Below the pieces are notes generated by a model that saw only the letters and a program-made list of their open reading frames with translations, was not told the origin of the DNA and did not search any database. The position numbers and the translations under genes were made by a program. Below, piece after piece: positions 18,649 through 29,978 of a stretch of DNA of 64,000 nucleotides. The stretch's first letter is position 1. The number at the start of each line of letters is the position of its first letter. This DNA comes from Halobacteriales archaeon QS_8_69_26 (lineage in GTDB: Archaea; Halobacteriota; Halobacteria; Halobacteriales; SW-7-71-33): NCBI GenBank assembly GCA_003023195.1, contig PXRX01000022.1:14041-78040 (forward strand). Reading direction: 5' to 3'.

Positions 18649-20643
18649 ATGGACTGGCGGGACGCGGAACGCGACTACGAGGACGAGGTGATCGGCCGGA
18701 CGTCGCTCGGCCGGATGTTCGACGAGGCCGCGGAGCGACACGTCAACCGGCCGGCACAGCAGTACAAGGGCGGGGTCTACGACCGGTCGCTGACGGGGAC
18801 GGCGTTCTCGGCGGCCCCCGACGGGGAGTACCACACCATCTCCTACGGCGAGATGCGCCACGTGGTGCGGTACCTCGCGGCCGGCTTCCGGAAACTGGGG
18901 ATCGAGACCGACGACAGGGTGGGGATCTTCGCGCACACCCGGATGGAGTGGGCCCAGACGGACTTCGCGCTCCTGTCCGCCGGCGCGGTGGTCACGACCG
19001 TCTACCCGGGGTCGACGACGCGCCAGGTCCGCCACCTGCTGGGCGACCCCGACGCCGATGCGGTCGTCCTGGAAACGGCCGACCACCTCCGGCGAGTCCG
19101 GGCGGTCGAGGACGACCTCGACCTCTCGTTCGTCGTGACGATCGACGAGATCGGCGACGACGCCGACGTCGACCCCGACGCCGACGACGTGTACACGCTG
19201 GCGGAGGTCCACGAGATGGGGGCCGGGGCGTTCGACCGCGAGGCCTACGAGGAGTGGCTGGACGAACGGTCGATGGACGACCTGGCCTCGCTCATCTACA
19301 CCTCCGGGACGACGGGCCAGCCCAAGGGGGTCAGGCTCACCCACGGCAACTTCCGGTCGAACGTCAACCAGGTCCGCAAGCGGTTCGGCCCGCGCCCGGA
19401 CAAGGACGGGCTCCCCGCACTCGACCGGACCAGCCGGTCCGTGTCGTACCTGCCCCTGGCGCACGTCTTCGAACGGCTGGCCGGCCACTTCGTCATGTTC
19501 GCCGCCGGCGGGTGCGTGGCCTACGCCGAGAGCCCGGACACCCTGCGGGAGGACTTCGGGACGGTCCAGCCCACGACCGCCACTTCCGTCCCCCGGGTCT
19601 ACGAGAAGATATACGATGCCATCCAGGAGGACGCCGCGTCCTCGGCGGTACGCGAACGGATCTTCGAGTGGGCCGTCGACGTGGGGCGGCGCTACCACGC
19701 GACCGAGGACCCGGGGACGGTCCTGCGTGCGAAGCAGTCGCTGGCGGACAGGCTGGTGTTCTCGCAGGTGCGGGAGGCCCTGGGCGGGAACGTCGAGTTC
19801 CTCATCAGCGGCGGCGGGAGCCTCTCGCCGGAGCTCTGTCGTCTCTACTTCGCGATGGGCCTGCCGATCCTGGAGGGGTACGGCCTCACGGAGACGTCGC
19901 CGGTGGTCACCACCAACCCCATCGAGGACCCGCGGATCGGCACCATCGGTCCGCCGCTGGTCGACGTCGAGACGCGGATCGACGAGTCGGCGGCCCCGGA
20001 ACTCGGCCACGACCGGCCGGTGGGGGAACTGCTGGTCGACGGGCCGAACGTCTTCGACGGCTACTGGAACCTGCCCGAGGCGACCGAGGAGGCGTTCACC
20101 GACGACGGCTACTTCCGGACCGGCGACGTCGTCGAGGAGGGTCCCGACGGCTACCTCCGGTTCCGGGAGCGCTCGAAACAGATCCTCGTCCTCTCGACGG
20201 GCAAGAACGTCGCGCCCGGTCCCATCGAGGACGCGTTCGCGTCGAACCCCTTCGTCGAGCAGGCGATGGTCATCGGGGACGAGGAGAAGTTCGTCTCGGC
20301 GCTGGTCGTCCCGAACTTCGACCGGATCCGCCGGTGGGCCGACGAGGAGGGGATCGACCTGCCCGAGGACCCCGAGGCCGTCTGCGACGACGAGCGAGTC
20401 CGGGACCTGATCGGCCGCCAGGTCGACGCGGTCAACGAGGGGTTCGAACCCCACGAGACGATAAAGGAGGTCCGCCTCGTGACCGAGGAGTGGACCGAGG
20501 AGAACGACATGCTGACCCCGACGATGAAGAAGAAACGCCGGAAGATCCTCGACCGGTACGACCACCTCGTGATGGACATCTACGCCGAGTCCGACCCGGA
20601 GGCCGAGACGGAGGCGGACGCCGGGGGGGAACCGGCCGAGTGA
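18649..20643 (+). CDS. Long-chain fatty acid-CoA ligase (AMP-binding)
   Basis: YTSGTTGQPKG, EGYGLTE, FRTGD, LTPTMKKKR. Confidence 0.95.
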   Translation: MDWRDAERDYEDEVIGRTSLGRMFDEAAERHVNRPAQQYKGGVYDRSLTGTAFSAAPDGEYHTISYGEMRHVVRYLAAGFRKLGIETDDRVGIFAHTRMEWAQTDFALLSAGAVVTTVYPGSTTRQVRHLLGDPDADAVVLETADHLRRVRAVEDDLDLSFVVTIDEIGDDADVDPDADDVYTLAEVHEMGAGAFDREAYEEWLDERSMDDLASLIYTSGTTGQPKGVRLTHGNFRSNVNQVRKRFGPRPDKDGLPALDRTSRSVSYLPLAHVFERLAGHFVMFAAGGCVAYAESPDTLREDFGTVQPTTATSVPRVYEKIYDAIQEDAASSAVRERIFEWAVDVGRRYHATEDPGTVLRAKQSLADRLVFSQVREALGGNVEFLISGGGSLSPELCRLYFAMGLPILEGYGLTETSPVVTTNPIEDPRIGTIGPPLVDVETRIDESAAPELGHDRPVGELLVDGPNVFDGYWNLPEATEEAFTDDGYFRTGDVVEEGPDGYLRFRERSKQILVLSTGKNVAPGPIEDAFASNPFVEQAMVIGDEEKFVSALVVPNFDRIRRWADEEGIDLPEDPEAVCDDERVRDLIGRQVDAVNEGFEPHETIKEVRLVTEEWTEENDMLTPTMKKKRRKILDRYDHLVMDIYAESDPEAETEADAGGEPAE

Positions 20644-20673
20644 CCGGTCCTTTCGGCGTGGATCCGACCGGGC

Positions 20674-20737
20674 GATCGGCCCGTCTCGGACGCGGATTCG
20701 ACCCGGTGATCGGCCCGTCTCGGACGCGGATCCGACC
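20674..20737. repeat. 34-bp tandem duplication
   Basis: GATCGGCCCGTCTCGGACGCGGAT at 20674 and 20708. Confidence 0.9.
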
Positions 20738-20904
20738 GGGTGGCCGGTCCGTCCCCGAAGCCGAACCGACCGGCTGATCCGCTCACGGAGAGGGAGTGAC
20801 TGATTGATCTTTTCCGTGGCAGAGAGGAATCCGAACGATCGCTCCCCACGAGGACGAACCGAGAAGCGGGATTTTTTACGGCCTCCGGGCGAAGGAGTGG
20901 CCGC

Positions 20905-22944
20905 ATGAGCACCGATGCGGTCGTGACCGTGCGCGACGGAGCGGTCGGTGTGGCCGGGATCGGGTCCCCCCTCGACCCGGACCTCGGAGGGCTCGTCGAC
21001 CCGGTCGCGTTCGCGGCCGCCGCGACCGGGGGGGAGGTGAACCTGCTCGCCATCGTGGCCATCATCATCGGGGCCGGGGTGGTCGCCCAGGTGCTCGCCG
21101 ACAGGTTCCAGGTCCCGAGCGTGGCCTTCCTCATCGCCTTCGGGATCCTCCTGGGGCCGGAGGGCGTGGGACTGATACCGCCCCTGCTGAACGCCTTCGG
21201 CGGCAACGCGCTGTCGGCCATCGTCGGCGTCAGCGTTGCGATCATCGTCTTCGAGGGTGCGTTCCACGTCAGGATCGACAGCCTCCGCCAGGCACCGGCG
21301 GCGACCCTGCGGCTGGTGACGGTCGGGGCGGTCATCGCGCTGGTAGGGACCGCTGCCGTCGTCCGGTTCGCGCTGGGCACGACGTGGGCGGTCGCCTTTC
21401 TCATCGGCGCGTTGCTGGTCGCGACCGGCCCGACGGTGATCACCCCGATCCTGCAAGTCGTGGCGGTCCGGGACCGCGTGGCGACCGCCCTCGAGACCGA
21501 GGGGATCGTCAACGACGTGACCGCCGCGATCCTCGCCGTCGTCGTCTTCGAGGTGATAGTCGAGGAACAGTCCGCCCCGGTCGAAGTGCTCCAGCTATTC
21601 ACCATCAGACTCGGGACGGGAGTCATCGTCGGCGGCGGCGTCGCGATGGTCCTCTATTTCGTGCTGTGGCGACTCGACCTCTCGCCGGGCAACGCCCCGC
21701 AGAACGCCCGACTGCTGGTGCTGGCCGGGGCGGTCGTCGCGTTCGGTATCGCCGACTACCTGTTCTCGGAGGCCGGCGTGGCCGCGGTCGCGACCGCCGG
21801 ACTCCTCCTGGGCAACCTCGGGGTCCCCTACGAGGAGGACATCACTGACTTCAAGGGCGACATTACCCTCCTGGTGCTGTCGTTCGTGTTCATCTCGCTG
21901 GCGGCCCTGCTGAACTTCCAGGACCTGCTCACGCTCGGGATCGGCGGCGTGGTCGTCGTGGTGGCGGTCGCACTCGTGATCCGCCCGTTCCTCGTGTTCG
22001 TCTCGATGTTCGGCGGGCGGTTCACCACCAGCGAGAAGCTGTTCGTCAGCTTCGTCGGTCCGCGGGGTATCATCCCGGCCTCGGTGGCGACGCTGTTCGC
22101 GGTCGACCTCAACTCGCGGATCGAGGCCGGGACGCTGGTCCCGGCGACCAACCCTCTCATCAACGAGGGCGCTCCCGAGATGATCGTCGGCACGGTCTTT
22201 CTGGTCATCCTGGCGACGGTCGTCTTCGAGGCCGGTCTCGCCAGACAGATAGCGGAATACCTGAACGTGATACCAATGCGCGTACTCATCGTCGGCGGCG
22301 GCAAGGTGGGCCGGACGGTCGCGACGCGGTTAGAGGAACGCGGCGAGAACGTCGTCATCATCGACCGCGACGACGAGATGGTCCAGACCGCTCGGAACGA
22401 AGGCTTCACGGTCCACATCGGCGACGGCACCGACACCGACCAGCTCAGGGCGGCCGGCGCGGACAACGCCAAGATCGTCGTCGCCGCCACCGGTGACGAC
22501 GACGCCAACCTGCTGGTCGCGCAACTCATCAGCTCGAAGTTCGACGTCGAGCGGGTAATCGCCCGCGCGAACAACCCCGACAACGTCGACGCCTTCGAGG
22601 AACTCGGCGTGGAGACGGTCTCGCCGACCCTGGCGACCGCCACGGCCATCGACAACCTGATCGAACGGCCGACGCTGTCGGACTGGATGAGCGAACTCGG
22701 GCGCACCGGCGACGTCCAGGAGATAGACGTCACCAACGACGAGATAGTCGGGCTGACGATCGCCGAACTCGACGAGCGACTCCCCGGCGGCGTGCTGATC
22801 GCGCTGGTCGGTCGGAGCGGCGAGACGGAGGTTCCCAAGGGCGAGTTCACGATCCAGCGGCGGGACCGCCTGACGTTCATCGGCAACGGGGAGTCCGTCG
22901 CCGCCGCCATCGAGGAGTGTCACCCCGGCGGCGTCACCCAGTGA
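20905..22944 (+). CDS. CPA1/NhaP cation:proton antiporter with TrkA-N and TrkA-C domains; start uncertain
   Basis: ATGPTV, EGIVND, GPRGII, then VGGGKVG Rossmann motif. Confidence 0.92.
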   Translation: MSTDAVVTVRDGAVGVAGIGSPLDPDLGGLVDPVAFAAAATGGEVNLLAIVAIIIGAGVVAQVLADRFQVPSVAFLIAFGILLGPEGVGLIPPLLNAFGGNALSAIVGVSVAIIVFEGAFHVRIDSLRQAPAATLRLVTVGAVIALVGTAAVVRFALGTTWAVAFLIGALLVATGPTVITPILQVVAVRDRVATALETEGIVNDVTAAILAVVVFEVIVEEQSAPVEVLQLFTIRLGTGVIVGGGVAMVLYFVLWRLDLSPGNAPQNARLLVLAGAVVAFGIADYLFSEAGVAAVATAGLLLGNLGVPYEEDITDFKGDITLLVLSFVFISLAALLNFQDLLTLGIGGVVVVVAVALVIRPFLVFVSMFGGRFTTSEKLFVSFVGPRGIIPASVATLFAVDLNSRIEAGTLVPATNPLINEGAPEMIVGTVFLVILATVVFEAGLARQIAEYLNVIPMRVLIVGGGKVGRTVATRLEERGENVVIIDRDDEMVQTARNEGFTVHIGDGTDTDQLRAAGADNAKIVVAATGDDDANLLVAQLISSKFDVERVIARANNPDNVDAFEELGVETVSPTLATATAIDNLIERPTLSDWMSELGRTGDVQEIDVTNDEIVGLTIAELDERLPGGVLIALVGRSGETEVPKGEFTIQRRDRLTFIGNGESVAAAIEECHPGGVTQ

Positions 22945-23148
22945 CGCTCCGGCGTGGCCCCGTTGACGACGGCGGGTGAGCGTCGGGCACGGGAGGCCCC
23001 CGGCAATCCTCCGGCGTGGATCCTCCGGAGGTGGTCGGTGATCCGTGGTTCCCCGACTGCGACCGTCGAGGCCTGGGCCGCCGCGGGTCGCCCGCGATCC
23101 CGGACGGGCCGGCCCAACGTTTTTGCTCCCCACGACGAAAGGGGGCGC

Positions 23149-24834
23149 ATGCTCCACGTACAGGGGCCGCTTCTCTCGATCGACGTGAGCGATCGAACGG
23201 CCGAGACCGAGGCGATCGACGAGGTCGCCTCGTCGTTCGTCGGCGGGCGCGGGGTGGCGACGAAACTGGCACACGACCGGATCCCGTTCGACGCGGACCC
23301 GTTCGGTCCCGAGAACCGGCTGTACTTCTCGACGGGGCCGCTCCAGACGTCGATCATGTCGTTCACCGGGCGGATGAACGCGACGGCGCTGTCGCCGCTG
23401 ACCGACGGCCTCGTCTCCTCGAACGCCGGCGGGTTCATGTCCCGGCCGTTCGCCGACACCGGCTACGCGGCGGTCGAGATCACCGGCGAGAGCGACGACC
23501 TCGTGGCGGTCCACGTCACCGACGAGGGCGTCGAGTTCGAGGAAGTCGAGGACCTCCGGGGGGCGACCGTCTCGGAGGTCGGCGAGTACATGGACGAGGA
23601 ACACGACCTGGGCGACGAGAACCTCGCCGTCGCGGGACCGGCCGGCGAGAACCTGGTGCGGTTCGCGGCCATCATCACCACCGAGCACCGGGCGTTCGCC
23701 CGCGGCGGCCTCGGTGCGGTGCTCGGGTCGAAGAACGTCAAGTGCGTCTCGTTCCGGGGCGACTCCCGCCGGGAGGTCGACGTGCCGGACGTGTCGATGG
23801 ACGTCCACCGCGAGGCCTCCACCGCGGACCACGTGATGAAGGAGACCGGGACGGTGAGCGTCCTGGACTACGCCAACCACGTCGAGGCGCTGCCGACCCG
23901 GTACTTCTCGGAGCTCTCCTTCGAGGGCTCGGCGGGCATCAACGCCGACGCCATCTCGGAGAAGAAGTACAAGAAGGGGACCTGCTCGGCGTGTGCCTTC
24001 GCCTGCAAGCTCCCGACCAGGGACGAGGAGTCCGGGCTCACCACCGAGGGCCCCGAGTTCGAGACGACGATGGCGTTCGGGTCGAACGCCGGCGTCGACG
24101 ACATCCGGTCGGTGATGAAGTCCAACGACCAGTGCGACGAACTCGGCCTCGACACCATCTCCTGTGGCGACGTGGTCTCGGCGTACCTCCAGGCGGAGGA
24201 CGAGTTCGGCAACGAGGAACTGATCGAGGAACTGGTCGAGAAGATCGCACACCGCGAGGGGGTCGGCGACACCCTCGCGGAGGGCATCGACCGGATCCAC
24301 GACGAACTCGGCGTCGAGAACTGGTCGGTCAAGGGCATGGAGTTCGCGGCCCACGACGGGCGTGCCCTGAACGGCCAGGGTCTCTCCTTCGCCGTCGCGA
24401 ACCGCGGTGCCGACCACATGTACGGCGAGTTCTACTCCCTGGAGTACCCGCTCGTCGGCGACGACAAGGCCCTGGACCGCGAGGGCCTGGAGGGCAAGCC
24501 GCCGAAACTCGCCGAGAAGGAGAACCTGAACGCCCTCAAGGACAGCGCGGTCATCTGCAAGTTCTCTCGCGACTTCGTCCCCGAGGATCGGCTCGAACGA
24601 CTGCTCGACGAGGACTACGAGCGCCTCCAGGAGATCGGCGCCCGCGTGGTCGAACTGGAGCGACACTTCAACAACCAGCGCGGGATGGACCGCGAGGACG
24701 ACCGCCTCCCCTACGACCTCCCGGACTTCGAGGCCGCACTCGACGAGTACTACGAGGTCCGCGGCTGGAACCAGGACGGCACCGTCCCCGGCAGTCGGAT
24801 CGAGGGCGGCGGGCCGGCCCCCGCCGACGACTGA
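23149..24834 (+). CDS. aor: Aldehyde:ferredoxin oxidoreductase family
   Basis: SPLT, RGGLGAVLGSK, CSACAFAC, GPEFET, GLDTIS, NRGADH. Confidence 0.93.
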   Translation: MLHVQGPLLSIDVSDRTAETEAIDEVASSFVGGRGVATKLAHDRIPFDADPFGPENRLYFSTGPLQTSIMSFTGRMNATALSPLTDGLVSSNAGGFMSRPFADTGYAAVEITGESDDLVAVHVTDEGVEFEEVEDLRGATVSEVGEYMDEEHDLGDENLAVAGPAGENLVRFAAIITTEHRAFARGGLGAVLGSKNVKCVSFRGDSRREVDVPDVSMDVHREASTADHVMKETGTVSVLDYANHVEALPTRYFSELSFEGSAGINADAISEKKYKKGTCSACAFACKLPTRDEESGLTTEGPEFETTMAFGSNAGVDDIRSVMKSNDQCDELGLDTISCGDVVSAYLQAEDEFGNEELIEELVEKIAHREGVGDTLAEGIDRIHDELGVENWSVKGMEFAAHDGRALNGQGLSFAVANRGADHMYGEFYSLEYPLVGDDKALDREGLEGKPPKLAEKENLNALKDSAVICKFSRDFVPEDRLERLLDEDYERLQEIGARVVELERHFNNQRGMDREDDRLPYDLPDFEAALDEYYEVRGWNQDGTVPGSRIEGGGPAPADD

Positions 24835-25024
24835 TCCCCTCGGTAGTCCTACTGTTCGGTGGACGACCGAGCCCGGAACGGTCCGGTTTCTCGGCGGACG
24901 GCTGGTCCCCGGCGACGTCCCGAGTCTCGACGGACGGCCGATCCCACCGGCCGCCAGGGGGTCGCTCCCCGGTCCGGCTTACCCCCCACCGACGGGACGC
25001 GTGTCGTCGGGGACGCCTGCCGAT

Positions 25025-26323
25025 ATGGACGCCCTCAAGACCGTCGACCCACTCCGGGCCGACGTGACTGACGAGGGCGGTCGGGGAGGCGACGGCACGA
25101 CCGCGAGCGGCGCGGGGGGCGATCCGACCGGAACGGCGACACCGACGGACGATCCCGAGGAGCGCCTGTTCTCGGGGCCGACGGGACGGCTCCTGCTCGC
25201 GGCGTCGGTGGGCTGGGCGGCGATCCAGTGTGGCCGACTCGTCCTCTCGCCGATGCTGCCGTCGGTGATGGCCGACCTGGGCATCGGGGAGTTCGAGGCC
25301 GGGGTCGCGTTCACCGTCATGTGGGGGCTGTACGCGCTCCTGCAGTACCCCAGCGGGCGGCTCTCCGACCGGCTCTCGCGGCCCTCGCTGCTGGTGCCCG
25401 GCCTGGCGCTGGTGTCGGTCGGCTTCCTCTTGCTCTCGCGGGCCCAGTCCTACCCGCCATACCTGCTGGGCGCGGCCGTCGTGGGGGTCGGTGCGGGGCT
25501 GTACCCGACCGCCGCCCGGGCGCTCGTCTCGGACCTGTTCGTCCGGCGACGGGGACAGGCCTTCGGCCTCCACACCGCCTCGGGGGATCTCGGCGGGGCG
25601 GCCGCGGCGGGGCTGGCCGTCGTCGTCCTCGGCGCCGCGACCTGGCGGTCCGCGTACGCGCCCGTCGTCGCCGTCCTGGCCGTCGTCCTCCTCGCGCTCC
25701 ACCGCTGGCGGCGCGAGCCCTACGAGTGGCGACGCGTCCCGCTGGGGGTCCGCGAGACCCTGGTGCGCCTGTTCGGCCAGCGCCGGATGGCGACGCTGGT
25801 CGGTGCCTACGTCCTCTACGCGTTCACCTGGCAGGGCGCGGTCGGGTTCCTCCCGACCTTCCTCCAGCGGACCAAGGGCTTCTCGCCCGGCTTCGCGGGT
25901 GGCGGGTTCGCCGCCCTGTTCGTCGTCGGTGCCGCCGTCAAGCCGGTATCGGGGTGGCTCGGGGACCGCCTCGCCAAGCCCCTCGTCGCCGCCGGCGGCC
26001 TGGTGCTGGGGGCGACCGCCCTGGCGGGCACACTCCTGGTGGAGGGGTCGGTGGCGGTGTCGGTCGGCGTCGTCGGCTTCGCCGCCGGCCTGATGGCGTT
26101 CCCGCCGGCGATGCAGGCGTTCCTGATGGACGTCTTCCCCGACGGGAGCATGGGCGGGGACCTCGGGGCCGCCCGCTCCGTCTACATCGGCCTCGGGAGC
26201 CTCGGCCCGACCTACGTGGGCTTCGTCGCCGGATGGGCCGGCTACGGGCCCGCGTTCGCCGGGCTGGCGGTCTGTCTCGTCGTCAGCGCGGCCGCGGTGC
26301 TGGGGCTGGGGCTGACGCGGTAG
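25025..26323 (+). CDS. MFS transporter
   Basis: GRLSDRLSR motif A, about 12 TMs. Confidence 0.9.
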   Translation: MDALKTVDPLRADVTDEGGRGGDGTTASGAGGDPTGTATPTDDPEERLFSGPTGRLLLAASVGWAAIQCGRLVLSPMLPSVMADLGIGEFEAGVAFTVMWGLYALLQYPSGRLSDRLSRPSLLVPGLALVSVGFLLLSRAQSYPPYLLGAAVVGVGAGLYPTAARALVSDLFVRRRGQAFGLHTASGDLGGAAAAGLAVVVLGAATWRSAYAPVVAVLAVVLLALHRWRREPYEWRRVPLGVRETLVRLFGQRRMATLVGAYVLYAFTWQGAVGFLPTFLQRTKGFSPGFAGGGFAALFVVGAAVKPVSGWLGDRLAKPLVAAGGLVLGATALAGTLLVEGSVAVSVGVVGFAAGLMAFPPAMQAFLMDVFPDGSMGGDLGAARSVYIGLGSLGPTYVGFVAGWAGYGPAFAGLAVCLVVSAAAVLGLGLTR

Positions 26324-26397
26324 GGATCCGGACCGGAGTGGGCGAACCGACGCCTCCTGCCCGTCGGATCGTGGACCGCTTCGGCGGCGCGTGACCG

Positions 26398-27405
26398 CTA
26401 GAAGTCGTAGGGACCGGGCTTGGTTTCGGTGAGCCGTTCCACCTGCTCGTCGGAGAGGTCGATGGTCGCGGCGGCGAGGTTCTCCTCCAGTTGCTCGACG
26501 GTGCGGGCGCCGACGATGGGCGCGGTGACGCCGTCGCGGTGCATCAGCCAGGCGAGGGCGGTCTGTGCGGGGGTCGCGTCCACCTCGCCCGCCACCTCGT
26601 CGAGGACGTCGTGGGCGTCGAAGTTCTCCTCCGTCAGGTAGGCGTCCTCGAACCTGCTGGACTCGGCGGCGCGGGACTCGCCGGTCAGGCCCTCCTCGCG
26701 GTCGTACTTGCCGGTCAGGAACCCCTGGCCCAGCGGACTCCAGGGACAGACAGCGATCCCGTAGTGACGGGTCATCTCCAGGTAGTCGCCCTCGATTTCC
26801 CGGTCGACGAGGTTGTACCGCGGCTGGGACACGGTGAACGGCTCCCAGCCCTCGCGTCGTGCGATCTCGTTGGCCTTCGCGACCTTCCAGGCGTTCGGGC
26901 GGAGGGTGGAGGCCCCGAGGTAGTGGACCCTCCCGTCCTCGACCAGGCCGTTCAGGGTCTTCAGCATCTCGCGGGCCGGCGTCTCGTCGTCCCAGCGGTG
27001 GATGTACAGGACGTCGACGTAGTCGGTGTCGAGGCGGTCGAGGATCGCGTCGACCCGGTGGCGGACGTTCTTTCGGTTCGTGCCCCGCGAGTTGGGGTCG
27101 CCGTCGCGGATCTGCCAGTAGATCTTCGAGGCGATGGTGAACCGTTCGCGGTCGCGGTCGTCGAGCCAGTCGCCGATCCACTCCTCGCTGGCGCCGCCGC
27201 CGTAGACGTCGGCGGTGTCGATGAACCGGCCGCCCGCCTCCTCGTAGGCGTCCAGCAGTTCGTGGGCCCGCGCCTCGTCTATCTCGACGTTGCCTTCCTC
27301 CGTCTCCTTGCCGAATCGCCACGTCCCGAACTGGAGTTCGCTCGTCCGCAGTCCGGTGTCCCCGAGTGGAACGAACTCCAGGTCGATCTCCGATAGCTGA
27401 GTCAT
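26398..27405 (-). CDS. Aldo/keto reductase
   Basis: IDTADVYG, RLDTDYVD, QPRYNL, WSPLGQG. Confidence 0.95.
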   Translation of the reverse strand: MTQLSEIDLEFVPLGDTGLRTSELQFGTWRFGKETEEGNVEIDEARAHELLDAYEEAGGRFIDTADVYGGGASEEWIGDWLDDRDRERFTIASKIYWQIRDGDPNSRGTNRKNVRHRVDAILDRLDTDYVDVLYIHRWDDETPAREMLKTLNGLVEDGRVHYLGASTLRPNAWKVAKANEIARREGWEPFTVSQPRYNLVDREIEGDYLEMTRHYGIAVCPWSPLGQGFLTGKYDREEGLTGESRAAESSRFEDAYLTEENFDAHDVLDEVAGEVDATPAQTALAWLMHRDGVTAPIVGARTVEQLEENLAAATIDLSDEQVERLTETKPGPYDF

Positions 27406-27529
27406 GTCCGTTTCCAGGGACGAGCGGCGCGGGGAAAAGCGTATAGCTATCGGTGATACCGGGCGCTGGCGGAACGGTTCCGGGGCATCGACGAGGGACG
27501 GATCGACACCGACGTTGGCCCCCGGTCGG

Positions 27530-29170
27530 TCACTCCATCTCGTAGCCGGCGATGGCGGCCATCGCCTGCCGGTAAGCCATCCCAGACGCGAGGGCCGCCA
27601 GGACCAGGGTGAGGCCGATCCCACCGGCGGCGACGGTCGTTGCCGGCGGGCCGCCGGCCGCGTCCACCGCGCCGGCCCACCCCACCCCGACGGTGGCCGG
27701 GAGCCCGACGACCGCCATCGCCAGCAGGAAGGCGGTGGTGGCCCAGAGCTTCGGCGGACGGATCCCGGACCCCGAGGGTCGGAGCCCCTCCAGGTTGGGC
27801 ATCGCGACGCCGACCCCGAGCGAGACCAGCGCCGCAGCGACCGACAGGGCCGCACCCAGGAGCGCGACCGTCAGGAGAGTCAGCGGCGGACCGCCGGTGG
27901 CGATGCCGGCCACGAGGGCGGCGACGGCGACCAGTGGAGCGCCGGGCAGGACGGCCGCCAGCGCGTAGCCGTGGACCAGGTGGCGACCGCCTCCCTGGGC
28001 GGTGAGCGCCGCCTGGAGGCCGACGCCGGCGGCGCCGAGGGGGTTCAGCGTCGGTCCCATCCCGACCGTTGCGGCGCCGTACACCGCGACGACGACCGGG
28101 AGCGCGGCCGGCCGGCGGGCGACGACCTCGACGCCCGAACTCGCGACCAGCGCCAGGGGGAATGCGGCGAACACCAGTGCCCGCGGCTCCCGTCTGACCC
28201 GGAGCCAGACGGTCCGGGCGACTGCCCGGGCGGGACGGCCCGCGACGACCGACAGGGCCGCCCCGTCCCCGGCGAGCACCGTCGCCGACGCTCCCCCGTC
28301 GTCCTCGGGGGCCGGCGGGTCGGCGTACCACACCCGCTCCGCCAGCGGCACCGACAGCGCCCCGAACGCGACGGCGACGACCGGCGACGCCGCCAGGACT
28401 GCCGCCGCGGCGACGGGGTCGCCCCCCAGGCCGAGGAGGCCGACGTCGGCGTACCACCCGACCGGGGTCGCGGCCAGCAGTTCGATCGACTCCCGGATGC
28501 GGGCGAACAGGAGGAAGTACCCGACCACGAGCGGTGCCCCGGCGACGAGGCGGTGCTCCCGGAGGACGCCGACCCGGCGGAAGGCCGTCCGGACGAGCAA
28601 CGCGATGACGAACCCGGCCGGGACGGCCGTGGCGACCATCGCCGCCCCGGCGAGGACGAACAGTGCGGTGGCGGCCGGCGACCCCGACCCGGCCCCGAAG
28701 GCGACGGCGCCGGCGACGACGACGACGCCGAACTGCAAGCCCATCAGCAACACGTTCCAGAGCAGTCCCCCGACCGCGACCGACCGCGGGCCGGCCGCCA
28801 GCAACATCGTGTCGACGTGGGAGTCCATCGCGCCCTCCGTCGTCTCCTTGAGGACGGTCAGGAACAGCGTCAGGACGAACACCACGCCGGCGAACCCCCG
28901 GACGATCCCGCGGGGACCGGCCACCTCGCCGGCCGCGACCCGGCGACCGAAGACGTACCCGCCCGGCTGGGACCACAGCGACTCGAACCCCGCCACCGGC
29001 AACTGGCCGACGGCCACGACTGCCCCGAACAGGACGGTGAAGCCCTGGAGGAACGCCAGCCAGGGGTGGGCCAGTATCTTCCGGAACTGCCGGCGGAGGC
29101 TCACGACCGCTATCAGCCACGCCCGCCGGAGCCAGGGTGGGACACCCGGCACTGACCCTGTCTCAGCCAT
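27530..29170 (-). CDS. ABC-2-type exporter permease
   Basis: Polytopic, two similar halves, overlaps the ABC ATPase gene. Confidence 0.8.
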   Translation of the reverse strand: MAETGSVPGVPPWLRRAWLIAVVSLRRQFRKILAHPWLAFLQGFTVLFGAVVAVGQLPVAGFESLWSQPGGYVFGRRVAAGEVAGPRGIVRGFAGVVFVLTLFLTVLKETTEGAMDSHVDTMLLAAGPRSVAVGGLLWNVLLMGLQFGVVVVAGAVAFGAGSGSPAATALFVLAGAAMVATAVPAGFVIALLVRTAFRRVGVLREHRLVAGAPLVVGYFLLFARIRESIELLAATPVGWYADVGLLGLGGDPVAAAAVLAASPVVAVAFGALSVPLAERVWYADPPAPEDDGGASATVLAGDGAALSVVAGRPARAVARTVWLRVRREPRALVFAAFPLALVASSGVEVVARRPAALPVVVAVYGAATVGMGPTLNPLGAAGVGLQAALTAQGGGRHLVHGYALAAVLPGAPLVAVAALVAGIATGGPPLTLLTVALLGAALSVAAALVSLGVGVAMPNLEGLRPSGSGIRPPKLWATTAFLLAMAVVGLPATVGVGWAGAVDAAGGPPATTVAAGGIGLTLVLAALASGMAYRQAMAAIAGYEME

Positions 29171-29978
29171 CCTCGGTGTCCGGGTGATCGGCTCTGTGTG
29201 GTTGCTCTTCCCGGGTGACCCGCAGGAACACCTCCTCCAGGGAGCCGCCGTCGCCCTCGGCGCGGTCCTTGAGTCGCTCCGGCGACCCCTCGGCGACGAG
29301 GCGGCCGTCGTGGAGCACCCCCACGGTATCGGCGAGTTCGTCGACCACCGGGAGGATGTGCGTCGAGAGGAAGACGGTCATCTCGCGGTCGGCCAGGTCG
29401 GCGATGGCCTCGCGCATCGTCCGGGCGGCCCGCGGGTCCAGGCCCGAGGTCGGTTCGTCGAGGAAGACGACCGACGGTTCGTGCAACACCGCCTGGATCA
29501 CCCCGACCTTCTGTTTCATCCCCTTCGAGTAGCCGTCGATCCGCCGGTCGGCGTCCCCCGCCAGGTCGAACCGGTCGAGGAGGGCGTCGATCCGTGGGGT
29601 CGCCTCGCCCCGGGGCAGGTCGCGCAGGCCGGCGGCGTACTCCAGTTGCTCGCGGGCGGTCAACTCGTCGTAGACCGGCGGCTCCTCGGGCAGGTAGCCG
29701 ACGTGCCGGGTGACGGCGTCCCGGTTCTCGATGGACGCACCGGCGACCCGGGCGGTCCCCTCGCTCGGCCGGGTCAGCGTCGTCAGCATCCGCATCGTCG
29801 TGGTCTTCCCCGCACCGTTCGGCCCCAGGAAGCCGTAGACAGACCCGCGGTCGATGGAGACGGAGAGGTCCTCGACGGCGCTCACGTCGCCGTACCGCTT
29901 CGCGAGATTCTCCGTGACGATGGCGGGATCCGCGGACCCGTCGTTGTCCGACCCGTCGGCGTCCCCCGGCTGACTCAT
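29163..29978 (-). CDS. ABC transporter ATP-binding protein
   Basis: GPNGAGKTT, YSKGMKQK, FLDEPTSGLD. Confidence 0.95.
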   Translation of the reverse strand: MSQPGDADGSDNDGSADPAIVTENLAKRYGDVSAVEDLSVSIDRGSVYGFLGPNGAGKTTTMRMLTTLTRPSEGTARVAGASIENRDAVTRHVGYLPEEPPVYDELTAREQLEYAAGLRDLPRGEATPRIDALLDRFDLAGDADRRIDGYSKGMKQKVGVIQAVLHEPSVVFLDEPTSGLDPRAARTMREAIADLADREMTVFLSTHILPVVDELADTVGVLHDGRLVAEGSPERLKDRAEGDGGSLEEVFLRVTREEQPHRADHPDTEDG